64,000 nt of DNA. Origin: Planctomycetota bacterium (GTDB lineage Bacteria; Planctomycetota; UBA8742; UBA2392). The notes below the pieces were generated by a model. The model had not been told where the DNA came from and searched no databases. It worked only from the letters and a program-made list of their open reading frames with translations. The translations under genes and the position numbers were made by a program. The stretch's first letter is position 1. Every line of letters begins with the position of its first letter. Shown here in pieces: positions 19,710 to 29,422 of this stretch. The stretch is taken from NCBI GenBank assembly GCA_025993795.1, contig JAMQHL010000006.1, forward strand, positions 17,397 to 81,396, read 5' to 3'.

Positions 19710-20145
19710 CGTCTGCTTTCTCGTACCGCTTCTTTGTGAACATCAGTGCAACGACAAATCCCGGAACCGCAGCGGCGAGCGTTCCGAGCAGGCCGCCAAA
19801 CGCCAGCCGGATCAACTGCATGGCCGGCGCCTCGCCATCTGGACTCCGCGACAGATCAGTGCCATGAAAGTACGCGCCGACAAGGCCGAACGTTGCGCCT
19901 GCGACGCAAATGGCCGTCCAGAGCTGTTTTCCCCGCACGTCCAGCACCACGCGGACTGGCGCCAGGTCAGCTGGAGGGCGCTGTTCAGGAGGAACGTAGG
20001 GCGCGCTGCGCGGGATCATGCCAATGTAGTTCTCGAAACTGTTGGCCGCGCTCAACCACTGGTGAAACTTGCGTTCGCCCTCGACAGGGTCGCCAACGGT
20101 ATTGTCATCCGGCAGGTCTTCGGCACGCGGTTTCATGGTCGCCAT
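19675..20145 (-). CDS. Hypothetical membrane protein (two TM helices)
   Basis: Two hydrophobic segments; overlaps the start of the SnoaL-like gene. Confidence 0.6.
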   Translation of the reverse strand: MATMKPRAEDLPDDNTVGDPVEGERKFHQWLSAANSFENYIGMIPRSAPYVPPEQRPPADLAPVRVVLDVRGKQLWTAICVAGATFGLVGAYFHGTDLSRSPDGEAPAMQLIRLAFGGLLGTLAAAVPGFVVALMFTKKRYEKADDDAGRDRPEAT

Positions 20146-20194
20146 GATACTGAAATCGTGGCCGTCAGTCCCCTAATCATCACCGGAGGCCAAC

Positions 20195-20956
20195 ATGATG
20201 TTCCTGAACAATACAGAAATCGGCACCGTCACGCGCGTCGTCGGCATTGAGCCCGGCGTTGACTGCATCGTCATCGAGAACGGCATCGGCGACGTCAAGG
20301 TCGAAGCCGGCCGCCCCGGCATCGTTGAAGTCATAGCCCGCTTCAAGGCAAGTCGCGACGCAGCACCCGTGAGCGACCGCGACGTGGAAATCACGCAGGG
20401 CGACGGCTGCATGAAGATTCGTGCATCCGACGCCGCCATCGGCGCGCGCCGCGTCAGCTACGAAGTGCGCGTACCCATGGCCATCAACGTCAAGGTCAAG
20501 GTCGCCGTCGGCGGCATTGACGTGAAGGGCCTGAGCGGTGAACACAGCCTGCGCACCGGCGTCGGTGTCATCACCGTCGAAGCCGAACGCATCGCGGGTG
20601 ACAGCCACTTCCGCGCAGGTACCGGCAAGGCGAACATCTCAACCCATCGCCTGGAAGGCCGCGTACAAGGCCATATCGGTGCGGGCAACATCACGCTGAA
20701 GGCTGGCTCGGCCATGCTCGAGAGTGCGAACTTCAAAGCCGCAACCGGCAACATTCACCTGCATCTGCCGGTGACGTTCATTGGGCAGATTGACTTCAAA
20801 AGCGCCATGGGCGGCGTGAAGCTGAACAACGACATTCACCTGGTGCCGTTACAGACCACGCTGGTCGGCAGCCGCGCAAAGGGCGCCCTGGGGCAGGGGC
20901 CCGGGTTGGTCCGCGCGTCCGTCGCGGTCGGCACAATTTCGCTTGAACGCAAGTAA
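20195..20956 (+). CDS. DUF4097-like beta-repeat protein
   Basis: GGAGG RBS; repeated GxI/V strand motifs (NGIGDVKV, AVGGIDV, GVGVITV, GAGNITL, ATGNIHL). Confidence 0.75.
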   Translation: MMFLNNTEIGTVTRVVGIEPGVDCIVIENGIGDVKVEAGRPGIVEVIARFKASRDAAPVSDRDVEITQGDGCMKIRASDAAIGARRVSYEVRVPMAINVKVKVAVGGIDVKGLSGEHSLRTGVGVITVEAERIAGDSHFRAGTGKANISTHRLEGRVQGHIGAGNITLKAGSAMLESANFKAATGNIHLHLPVTFIGQIDFKSAMGGVKLNNDIHLVPLQTTLVGSRAKGALGQGPGLVRASVAVGTISLERK

Positions 20957-20975
20957 CGCTGCGGCGCGCGGACCT

Positions 20976-21008
20976 AAAAGAAAAGCGGACGGCAATCGCC
21001 GTCCGCTT
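20976..21008 (-). terminator. Intrinsic terminator of the SRP RNA (possibly bidirectional)
   Basis: AAGCGGACGGC-N-GCCGTCCGCTT stem followed by TTTTCTTTT on the minus strand. Confidence 0.8.
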
Positions 21009-21009
21009 G

Positions 21010-21097
21010 AGTTAGGTGGGCGCACCCGAGGGGGTTCGCTATGGCTGCTTCCTTTCGGACCTGACCAGGTTCACGGCCTCTCGCCGCGCCCACAACT
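21010..21097 (-). ncRNA. ffs: Signal recognition particle 4.5S RNA
   Basis: Minus strand reads GTGGGCGCGGCGAGAGGCCGTGAACCTGGTCAGGTCCGAAAGGAAGCAGCCATAGCG...GTGCGCCCAC. It carries the helix-8 signature TCAGGTCC-GAAA-GGAAGCAGC and self-complementary ends. Confidence 0.93.
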
Positions 21098-21179
21098 ACA
21101 GTATCCGCGCAGCATCGCAGGTCAAGGGATGGTTCGGGCCAACCTGGACGTTCTCACTGCGTTGAACATTGGGGTGAAC

Positions 21180-22130
21180 ATGCCGCGAGTTCTTGTACTG
21201 CTGTTGATTCTTGCGGCGCCACTGGCGGCGCAGGACACCGAGAGCTTAAGCGGTTCCGTGCCCGGTGATCGACGCCTGACGCTGCTGTATGAAATCGACT
21301 TCGGCCCCGGCAGCACAAGCTGGACGCTGGCTTGCGGCCTTACCACCAACGCCGTTGGCGGCTTGATTGTGCGGCTGATCGACCTCGATGGCCTCGCATC
21401 CAGCGCGGTACCGAACCCGACTTCCGTGGACGAGGCAGTCGTGCTCGGCGCGGGCACAGCCAATGCTGCCCTCAGTGGCAACTACAGCGGCGTACGCGAG
21501 TTTGCAGTTGAGATCGAAACCGCGCAGGGCAGTGCCGCGTCGGACTATTCTGGCAGCCTTACGAGCAATGCCGGACAGATCGAATTCGTGATGCAGGACC
21601 AGATCATTCTTGGGGCCGGCGGCTTGAAGACGGCGGTTAAGCGATTCGCATTCTGGGACGGCACAGTGCCCGCAGGGTCCATCGTGCCGGTTGGCCTTGA
21701 GCTTGATTTCGGCCCGTCGCCACGGACCGTATTTCTGCGCTTCGAGGGTGTGGGCACAAACATGGAGCGCATTGAGCTGTTTGACACCACCGGCGGCTCG
21801 GCATTGTCGCTGGCGACGTTCACCAACCCGACTGGCGGAGACGTCACCGCCGTGCCGCTGACACACAGCGGCAAGGTCTACATTCGCGTGAACTGCAAAG
21901 CGTTCGCGGGCCAGAACGGCAGCGCGGCGTGGGCCATCAACGCGCCCAGCGGCATCAGCGTGCGGCGCGTCGGCAGCAGCGACAACCAGGGCGGCACCAA
22001 GACTGAATGCAGCACCGCGCCGGCACAATCACCGGCGTGGGCGCTGGCACTGCTGTTTGCCGTTGCGGTAGTGTCGCTGCGTCTTGCTGGCACGAAACGA
22101 AGCCGGCCCGTCAAGGTCAACGCGAGTTAG
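21180..22130 (+). CDS. Secreted beta-rich protein with a Cys-containing C-terminal sorting signal
   Basis: Signal peptide MPRVLVLLLILAAPLAA; two internally similar halves (EIDFGP / ELDFGP); C-terminus ECSTAPAQSPAWALALLFAVAVVSLRLAGTKR. Confidence 0.75.
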   Translation: MPRVLVLLLILAAPLAAQDTESLSGSVPGDRRLTLLYEIDFGPGSTSWTLACGLTTNAVGGLIVRLIDLDGLASSAVPNPTSVDEAVVLGAGTANAALSGNYSGVREFAVEIETAQGSAASDYSGSLTSNAGQIEFVMQDQIILGAGGLKTAVKRFAFWDGTVPAGSIVPVGLELDFGPSPRTVFLRFEGVGTNMERIELFDTTGGSALSLATFTNPTGGDVTAVPLTHSGKVYIRVNCKAFAGQNGSAAWAINAPSGISVRRVGSSDNQGGTKTECSTAPAQSPAWALALLFAVAVVSLRLAGTKRSRPVKVNAS

Positions 22131-23320
22131 TACTTGGCGCTGGTGGGGTCTACTTCGTCGCTCCAGCGCAGCATGCCGCCGATCATATTTTTGACTTTGT
22201 GGAAGCCCTGCTCTTTCAGAAAGCGCACGACCTGACCAGATCGCTGGCCGCTGCGTCAGTAGAACACCAGCTCTGCGTCTTTCTTGCTCTCGAGTTCCTG
22301 CCAGCGCTGCCCGAACTCGGGCAGCGGAATCCACGCGTCGTAGGGCAGCTTGCAGATGTCCAGCTCATTGGCGTTGCGCACGTCCACCAGGTACGGCTTG
22401 TCGCCCGCATCCATGCGCGCCTTGAGCTGCGCGGGCGTGATTTCGTCGGCATTCACGGCTGCATTCTCCTGTGCCTGGCGCGCCTTGGCGGCTTCTTCGT
22501 CGTTGGGCACACCGCAGAACTGGTGGTAGTCGATCAGCTCATGGATCGTGCGGTTCTTGCCACAGATCGGGCATTCCGGGTCCTGGCGGATTTTCAGTTC
22601 GCGAAACTTCATGCCAAGCGCGTCAAACACCATCAGGCGGCCTTTCAGCGGCTCACCGATTCCCGTCAGCACCTTGATTGTTTCCAGCGCCTGGATGCAG
22701 CCGACAATCCCCGGCAGCACGCCCAGCACGCCGCCCTCCGCACAGCTTGGCACCATGCCCGGCGGCGGCGGATCAGGGTACAGGCAGCGGTAGCACGGCC
22801 CGCCCGGCAATCCGAACACCGTTGCCTGGCCGTCAAAGCGGAAGATGCTGGCGTAGCTGTTGGGCTTGCCCTCAAGCACACAGGCATCGTTGACTAGATA
22901 GCGCGTCGGAAAGTTATCGGTGCCGTCGGCGACCACGTCGTAGTCGCGCACAATCTGGCGCGCGTTGGCGCTGCTGAGCGCGACCTCATGGATCACGACA
23001 TCCACGTTCGGGTTCAGGTCTTTGATACGGTTCTTTGCGCTGACCACCTTGCGAACACCGACGGTGCTTTGCCCGTGGATAATCTGGCGTTGCAGGTTTG
23101 AAACCTCCACAACGTCGAAGTCCACAATGCCGATGCGGCCGACGCCGGCCGCCGCAAGATACATCGCCAGCGGCGAGCCCAGCCCGCCGGCACCCACGCA
23201 CAGTACGCTGGAGCGTTTGAGTTTCTCCTGCCCGGCTTTGCCGAATTCGGGCAGGATAAGGTGGCGCGCATAGCGCTGAAGTTCTTCGTTGCTCAAAAGC
23301 GGTGCTGCGGTCGCAGTCAT
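22127..23320 (-). CDS. moeB: MoeB/MoeZ-type adenylyltransferase-sulfurtransferase fusion with TGA (putative Sec) at the rhodanese active site, 397 aa
   Basis: RYARHL, GAGGLGS, SNLQRQ, DGTDNF, CYRC and CPIC motifs. The rhodanese domain continues past TGA (22258-22256) as RSGQRSGQVVRFLKEQGFHKVKNMIGGMLRWSDEVDPTSAKY-TAA, the typical MoeZ C-terminus. Confidence 0.92.
22227..22244 (-). promoter_or_regulatory. Putative SECIS hairpin of moeB
   Basis: TGA, an 11-nt spacer, then GCGATCT-GGTC-AGGTCGT (7 bp including G-U pairs). Same spacing and GGUC loop as the E. coli fdhF SECIS. Confidence 0.7.
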
Positions 23321-23811
23321 TGCGAAGTCCCCAAACATCCACGGCCCGTGGAGGCGCAATGGTAGCGCCCGCCGCAGTCCATTCAATCGGCCGACCGGCC
23401 AATGCCGGGTCGGCGTGCCGCGTGCGCAAATGCGCAAACGGGCCATCGGGGGGCCATCGGGTATGAAGTACCGGATGCAGTTGCCGGCGTTGAATTCCGG
23501 CGTTCTTTGTGCTGATGCGCCCGGCCGCAACTGTCAGGCATCTGCCCGGTGCAACAGCGTTGCCCCATCTTGGTTGATCTCAGCCAACTGTCCTTTGGCC
23601 CCATCTACTGCGATGGCGCTCGATGACTTCAGTGCTTGGATGGCGGAGGATGCTCTCAAGTACACGTTGAGCGGCCTTTGCCCTTCGATACTTGTTTGCG
23701 CGCTCGGTTAAGTTCTGTGCGTCGGTCGGCCAGCGTTGTTTCCGTGAATCAACGCAGCTTAGCAGCCTCGAAGGCAGTGCAAACGGGCGCGTTGGTCGCT
23801 AGATTGCCCGG

Positions 23812-24645
23812 ATGCCCAGCAAAGCAGAAAAGAACCCGGCGACCGGCTGGCGTGAGCGCATGCACGAAGTGATCTTCGAGGCCGACACGACCGCAGGCAA
23901 AGTCTTTGATGTCGCACTGCTGGTGCTGATTCTGGGCAGCATTCTCGCGGTGATGCTTGAGAGCGTTCCCGAACTGGTAGCCGACCCCCGCTGGCGGCTG
24001 TGGCTGCGCGTCACGGAATGGACGCTGACGGGCCTGTTCGCGATTGAATACATCCTGCGCCTGCTGTGCGTGCGAAAGCCACTGCGCTACGCGGCCAGCT
24101 TCTTTGGTGTGATTGACCTGCTGGCGATTCTTCCTGCGCCGATCTCTTTGCTGTTCCCTGGCAGCCAGTCTTTTGCCGTCATCCGGTCGTTCCGTCTTTT
24201 GCGCGCCTTCCGCGTGTTCAAGCTGGCCCACTTCCTGACCGAGGCAAAGCAGCTTCGCAAGGCGCTGATTGCGGGCTGGCCCAAAATTGCGGTGTTCCTG
24301 ATGACGGTGCTGGTGTTGATCGTCGTTGTCGGTACCGCGATGTACGTGATTGAAGGCCCGGAGGCCGGCTTCACCTCGATTCCGCTAAGCATGTACTGGG
24401 CGATCGTCACGGTAACGACGGTCGGCTACGGCGACATTGCGCCACAGACCTCGCTGGGCAAGGCCGTCGCCGCGATGATGATGATCTGCGGCTACGCGCT
24501 GATCGTTGTTCCGACCGGCGTCATCGGCGCGGAGTTGAGCAAAGGAATGAAGCAACCCGTCAGCACGCAGGCCTGCACCAGTTGCGGGGCTGGTGGCCAC
24601 GACTCAGACGCGAAGTTCTGCCGCGCCTGCGGCGAGAAGCTATAG
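23812..24645 (+). CDS. Voltage-gated-type potassium channel with a C-terminal zinc ribbon
   Basis: S4 segment RSFRLLRAFRVFKL; selectivity filter TTVGYGD; CTSC...CRACG. Confidence 0.92.
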   Translation: MPSKAEKNPATGWRERMHEVIFEADTTAGKVFDVALLVLILGSILAVMLESVPELVADPRWRLWLRVTEWTLTGLFAIEYILRLLCVRKPLRYAASFFGVIDLLAILPAPISLLFPGSQSFAVIRSFRLLRAFRVFKLAHFLTEAKQLRKALIAGWPKIAVFLMTVLVLIVVVGTAMYVIEGPEAGFTSIPLSMYWAIVTVTTVGYGDIAPQTSLGKAVAAMMMICGYALIVVPTGVIGAELSKGMKQPVSTQACTSCGAGGHDSDAKFCRACGEKL

Positions 24646-24798
24646 CCCGCGCGACCACTCCGAGCGCAGTGGGTCTCACCGCGCAGGGCGCCCGGCTACG
24701 CTGAAAGCTGCATTCGGCTGGCCCGCACGCGGGTGGCGTGGTAGACTTGCCCTTGCGTAGGGACACGGCCTTCCTGAACTCGTCGTCGCGAGGAAGCA

Positions 24799-26769
24799 AT
24801 GTACAAGCTTTATGGCGTCAGTGTTGCCGTGCTCTCGCTACTGCTTGCCGGCTGTGATTTCTCCGGCGGCAGCGTCGGTGCCGGCTGACCGTCCCTGTTC
24901 TCTACGACGGACGTCGTCGTTGCCGCCGGCATGACCGAGCTCGACCCTGACCCCGTGGACACCCTGTCGGGCAGCGTGAACCTGTCGCGTTTCGGCGCGA
25001 CGGCGTTCACGCGTGTGTATGAGCTGGAAACTCCTGCAGCGACTGACTTCTCGTTTACTGTGATCGCCCGCGGGCTTGAGAACATGGGGCCGACGCGACT
25101 GTCACTGGGACACGTTGCCGATGGCGGCGTCGCCCCGACAATCGGCGTCGATAGCCTTGCCGCCGCTGGCCTGTTGCTGGATGGTTCGGGCCTTTCGAAC
25201 GAGGGCCCGGTACTGGATGCGACGGGCGACGGATTCTGCCGCATCACGTTGCGCGGACAGATCAGCGCCGACCAAGTGCTGCTTGTCCGCGTGCCGCGCG
25301 CCGGCGCCACCGACCTGATCGGCATTCGCATCCGCATCGGCAACAGCAGCGTGATCAACCTGCCAAACCAGGCGGCGCTTCCGTCGCGGCCGGGCTTGAC
25401 CTCTACCACGATCTACTCAAGCCAGTCCTATCACTTTGGTCTTCCGGCGATTGCCGTTTCCGGCGACCGCTACAGCGTGGTCACGTACGATGGCGACCCC
25501 GGGGTTCAAGGCTACGGCGAGCGCCGGCGCCGCTGGTTGCAGATGGACGCTCAAACCGGCACCGTCACCGGCGGCACGGCAAGCAGCGTGGCGCGCGACA
25601 CCGGCAACTGGCGAGACCAGGAGATCGCGGCGCCGGGCAACGTGCTGGCAGTGGTCTACACCGGCAACAACGAGGTGCGGGCCGACATCAGCCTTGACCG
25701 CGGCGCGACTTTTGCCATCCAGCGCAAGCTCAACACCGGCGTCGCCCACGGCATGCGCCTGGTGCAGATTGCCATCTCGGGCGACTACCGCATCGCATGC
25801 GTGTTCTGGGGCGCAGCCAAGACCCAGTGGGGCACAAAACTGATGCTGGTTGAAGCCACACCCACCGCCTTTGACGCCACCAACACACCCGCGGGTTACG
25901 ACTGGGCGGCCTCGGAACTCGTGCACGGAACCGGCTTTGATGTCGTTCCGCTGATCATGCAGGCCGAGTACAGCACCGGCGGCGATCTGGTGATCGGCTA
26001 TGGCTATTCATTCTGGTCGGGCGCCGGTTCGGTCGTCACGTTGACTTCGCGGTACCGCTGCGCGATGCGGCTGTGGGGCCAGACGGCGTTCAGTGACACG
26101 CAGGTGGATACGGTAAGCGGCAGTATGCCCAACGACCCGCATATCGCGCTGCTGGGCAGCGGCGCAAGCATGGAAATCTTCTACACGTGGGACAAGGACG
26201 ACGGCGTTCACCTCGCCCACAGCACCGACGCGGGCCAGACATTCACCACGGTTCACTCGGTATCCAACCCCGGAAGTCTGATGCCCAGCGTGCATGCCCG
26301 AATCGTCGGCACGGACAAGCGCGTGGACATGCTGTACCTGTCGCCAACGCCGTGGGGCCTTGAGCTGCACAACGCGCGCTGGCTCAACTTCACCCCTGCT
26401 ACTGCGCCGGTCGCATATGCCGTCACCACGGCAACGGCAACGCCCGGCGCCCCCGCGCCTGACCCGTCTCTCCCCGGCGGATCATGGATTACCATGACCG
26501 CATGGTTCGGCTACGACGCCGTGGTCAAGGGCGACCAGGTGGCGGTGGTCATCCATGAAGTGACCGTGGACAGCTATGAGTACTATCGGCAGCGCGGTAT
26601 GTTCACGTGCGCAGGCATCGCCCGTGCGGGCGGCGGAAGCGGCGGGTCCGGTGGGGGTGGTTCGTACACGCCACCACCGCCGGCGATACTGCTGCCCGGT
26701 ATGGGCCAGCCTGTGCCCGCGCCTGACCCGACTCACCGCAGCCAGTTGCGGATTGTGGTGCTTGATTGA
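24799..26769 (+). CDS. Lipoprotein (probable beta-propeller/BNR-like) with an in-frame TGA at codon 30
   Basis: GAGGA RBS; ATG 24799 gives MYKLYGVSVAVLSLLLAGC (lipobox) DFSGGSVGAG-TGA(24886)-PSLFSTTDVVVAAG, in frame with the 612-aa ORF. Asp-box-like motifs SLDRGATF and STDAGQTF. Confidence 0.7.
24904..24917 (+). promoter_or_regulatory. Putative SECIS-like hairpin after the lipoprotein TGA
   Basis: ACGAC-GGAC-GTCGT, a perfect 5-bp stem; the loop begins 21 nt after the TGA. Confidence 0.45.
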
Positions 26770-26908
26770 ACTCTATGCGCCAGATTGGCAGCCATGGGGA
26801 CGGCTGGCCTTAGGCTCTGCCGTTTCTGCATAAATGGCAGGCCGGCTGACCGCCGCCACTGTCGATAAATCCATATTCTGAAAGCACTTAGCCTATGCAC
26901 GGCGCGGG

Positions 26909-26925
26909 TTGGCACCGTGTTTGCA
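26909..26925 (+). promoter_or_regulatory. Sigma54 (-24/-12) promoter upstream of dnaK
   Basis: TTGGCAC-CGTGT-TTGCA matches the consensus TGGCAC-N5-TTGCW exactly, 56 nt before the ATG. Confidence 0.75.
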
Positions 26926-26981
26926 TTACTTGTCTTGAACGAGTTTGCAGGCGCCCCTCAGGGCCCAACCGGAGCTTCATC

Positions 26982-28919
26982 ATGGCTAAAACAATCGGCA
27001 TCGACCTCGGCACCACCAACAGCGTGGTCGCCATCATGGAAGGCAAAGAGCCGCGGGTGATCGCCAACCCCGCGGGCGCGCGGCTTACACCCAGTGTTGT
27101 CGCGTTTGCAGAAAACGGCGAGCGTCTTGTCGGCCAGATGGCACGCCGGCAAGCCGTCACCAACCCGCGCAACACCGTGTTCAGCATCAAGCGCTTTGTG
27201 GGCCGGCGCCACAACGAGGTCTCGAGCGAAGAAAAGCTGGTGCCCTACGAAGTCACGGGTGCCGCGCACGAAATGGTGAAGGTCAAGGCGCGCGACAAGG
27301 AATACACGCCGCAGGAAATCAGCGCGATGATTCTGCAAGACCTCAAGAAAACCGCAGAGACCTATCTCGGCGAGCCGGTCACGCAGGCCGTCATCACCGT
27401 GCCCGCGTATTTCAACGACGCGCAGCGCCAGGCCACCAAAGAAGCAGGCGAAATCGCCGGGCTGAAAGTCCTGCGCCTGCTGCCTGAGCCGACGGCGGCG
27501 TGCGTTGCCTTCGGCCTGGACAAGCGCAAGCAGGGCCGGTTTGCGGTGTTTGACCTTGGCGGCGGAACGTTTGACGTGTCGGTGCTTGAGGTCAGCGAAG
27601 AAGCGGGCGAAAGCGTGTTCCAGGTCCTCAGCATCACCGGCGACGGCCACCTTGGCGGCGACGACTTTGACCAGGTGCTGATTGACTACATCGCCGACGA
27701 GTTCCAGAAACAGCAGGGCATCGACCTGCGCAAAGACCAGATGGCTTTGCAGCGCCTGAAGGAAGCCGCAGAGAAAGCCAAGTGCGATCTCAGCAGCACT
27801 GAAAGCACCGAGGTCAGCCTGCCGTTCATCACCGCAGACGCGACAGGCCCCAAGCACCTGCAGCTCACGATCACACGGGCCAAGTTCGAGCAGTTGGCGG
27901 ACAAGCTGTTTCAGCGCTTGATCGGCCCGACGAAGCAGGCGTTGGCTGAAGCCGGCGTAAGCGCCAAGGAAATTGACGAGGCGCTGCTGGTCGGCGGCAG
28001 CACGCGCATTCCGAAAGTGCAGCAGATGTGCAAAGAGATCTTCGGGCGTGAGCCGAACCGCGGCCTCAACCCGGACGAAGTGGTAGCACTGGGTGCGGCG
28101 GTGCAGGGCGGTGTCGCGACCGGCGAGTTCAAGGACATCCTGGTGCTCGACGCCACGCCGCTGAGCCTGGGCGTGGAGGTGCTGCACGGTGAAATGAACG
28201 TGCTGATCGGCAAGAACACCACGATCCCGACCAGCAAGGCGCAAACGTACAGCACAGCCGCCGACAACCAGACCGGCGTAACGATCAAGGTATTCCAGGG
28301 TGAACGCCCGATTGCTGCGCAGAACCGCTTGCTGGGCAGCTTTGACCTGATGGGCATTCCGCCCGCGCCACGCGGCGTGCCGCAGATTGAGGTCAGCTTC
28401 GACATCGACGCCAACGGCATTTTGAAAGTAAGTGCCAAGGACAAAGGCACCGGCAAGGAAGCCAAGATCGAGATCAAGAGCGACAGCGGCTTGAGCAAAG
28501 AAGAAATCGAGCGCATGAAGTCAGAGGCCGAGAAGCACGCCGACGACGACAAGCAGCGCATTGAGCTGATTCATGCCAAGAACGACGCCGACCGCATGGC
28601 GATGAGTGTCGGCAAGATGCTGACCGACCACGGCGACAAGATCGACGCCGCTGAGAAGAAAGACGTCGAGGAAAAGAAGGCCGCACTGGAAGAAGCAATC
28701 AAGGGCGACGACGTGGCCAAGATTCGCAGCGCCACGGAAGTCCTGACCAAGGTAAGCCACAAGCTGGCCGAGAAGATGTACCAGAATGCCAGCCCGCAAG
28801 AGCAGGAAGACATGAAGAAGGCGGCTGGCGCCACCCAACGGGGCGACATGGGCGGCGAAGCAGCAGCGGGCAACGACCGCGTAGTAGACGCCGACTACTC
28901 CGTGAAAGACGACAAGTAA
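26982..28919 (+). CDS. dnaK: Molecular chaperone DnaK (Hsp70)
   Basis: [47 protein letters not shown] and C-terminal VVDADY. Confidence 0.97.
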   Translation: MAKTIGIDLGTTNSVVAIMEGKEPRVIANPAGARLTPSVVAFAENGERLVGQMARRQAVTNPRNTVFSIKRFVGRRHNEVSSEEKLVPYEVTGAAHEMVKVKARDKEYTPQEISAMILQDLKKTAETYLGEPVTQAVITVPAYFNDAQRQATKEAGEIAGLKVLRLLPEPTAACVAFGLDKRKQGRFAVFDLGGGTFDVSVLEVSEEAGESVFQVLSITGDGHLGGDDFDQVLIDYIADEFQKQQGIDLRKDQMALQRLKEAAEKAKCDLSSTESTEVSLPFITADATGPKHLQLTITRAKFEQLADKLFQRLIGPTKQALAEAGVSAKEIDEALLVGGSTRIPKVQQMCKEIFGREPNRGLNPDEVVALGAAVQGGVATGEFKDILVLDATPLSLGVEVLHGEMNVLIGKNTTIPTSKAQTYSTAADNQTGVTIKVFQGERPIAAQNRLLGSFDLMGIPPAPRGVPQIEVSFDIDANGILKVSAKDKGTGKEAKIEIKSDSGLSKEEIERMKSEAEKHADDDKQRIELIHAKNDADRMAMSVGKMLTDHGDKIDAAEKKDVEEKKAALEEAIKGDDVAKIRSATEVLTKVSHKLAEKMYQNASPQEQEDMKKAAGATQRGDMGGEAAAGNDRVVDADYSVKDDK

Positions 28920-28950
28920 GGGCGACTCATGTGTCGCCCGCCAGTCCCGC

Positions 28951-28982
28951 AACCGGGCCCCGCAAGGGGCCCGGTTTGGTTT
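28951..28982 (+). terminator. Intrinsic terminator after dnaK
   Basis: AACCGGGCCCC-GCAA-GGGGCCCGGTT followed by TGGTTT. Confidence 0.8.
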
Positions 28983-29053
28983 CCACCCAGCGCCTGCCTG
29001 ACTGTCTGTCGTACTATTAGGATCAGGCATGAACCCGTTTCCGAGGAACGACG

Positions 29054-29401
29054 ATGCCCAAACACCCCGTCTTTGAGATGAAGTTTGCGAAGGTGTATCC
29101 GTTGTATGTGCAAAAGGCGGAGCGCAAGAATCGCACGAAGAAAGAAGTTGACCAGATCATCTGCTGGCTGACGGGCTATGACAGCGCGGGCCTGCAGAAG
29201 CAGATCAAACAGGAAAGCGACATCGAAACCTTCTTTGCCAATGCTCCGCGCCTTCATCCGAACAGCGCGCTGATCAAGGGCGTGGTTTGCGGCGTGCGCG
29301 TAGAAGATGTCAAAGACCCGTTGATGCAGAAGGTTCGCTACCTCGACAAGCTGATCGATGAGCTCGCGAAGGGAAAAAAGATAGAGAAGATCCTGCGGTA
29401 G
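29054..29401 (+). CDS. DUF2200 family protein
   Basis: [36 protein letters not shown] and [14 protein letters not shown]. Confidence 0.9.
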   Translation: MPKHPVFEMKFAKVYPLYVQKAERKNRTKKEVDQIICWLTGYDSAGLQKQIKQESDIETFFANAPRLHPNSALIKGVVCGVRVEDVKDPLMQKVRYLDKLIDELAKGKKIEKILR

Positions 29402-29422
29402 ACTACGCGCGCCAGCGGCTTG

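Noticed and set aside
26860-26981. CIRCE element before dnaK
   Set aside because: Only partial AGCACT/TTAGC matches; no TTAGCACTC-N9-GAGTGCTAA inverted repeat.
26958-28244. 428-aa ORF antisense to dnaK
   Set aside because: Long antisense ORFs opposite Hsp70 genes are a known codon-bias artefact in GC-rich genomes.
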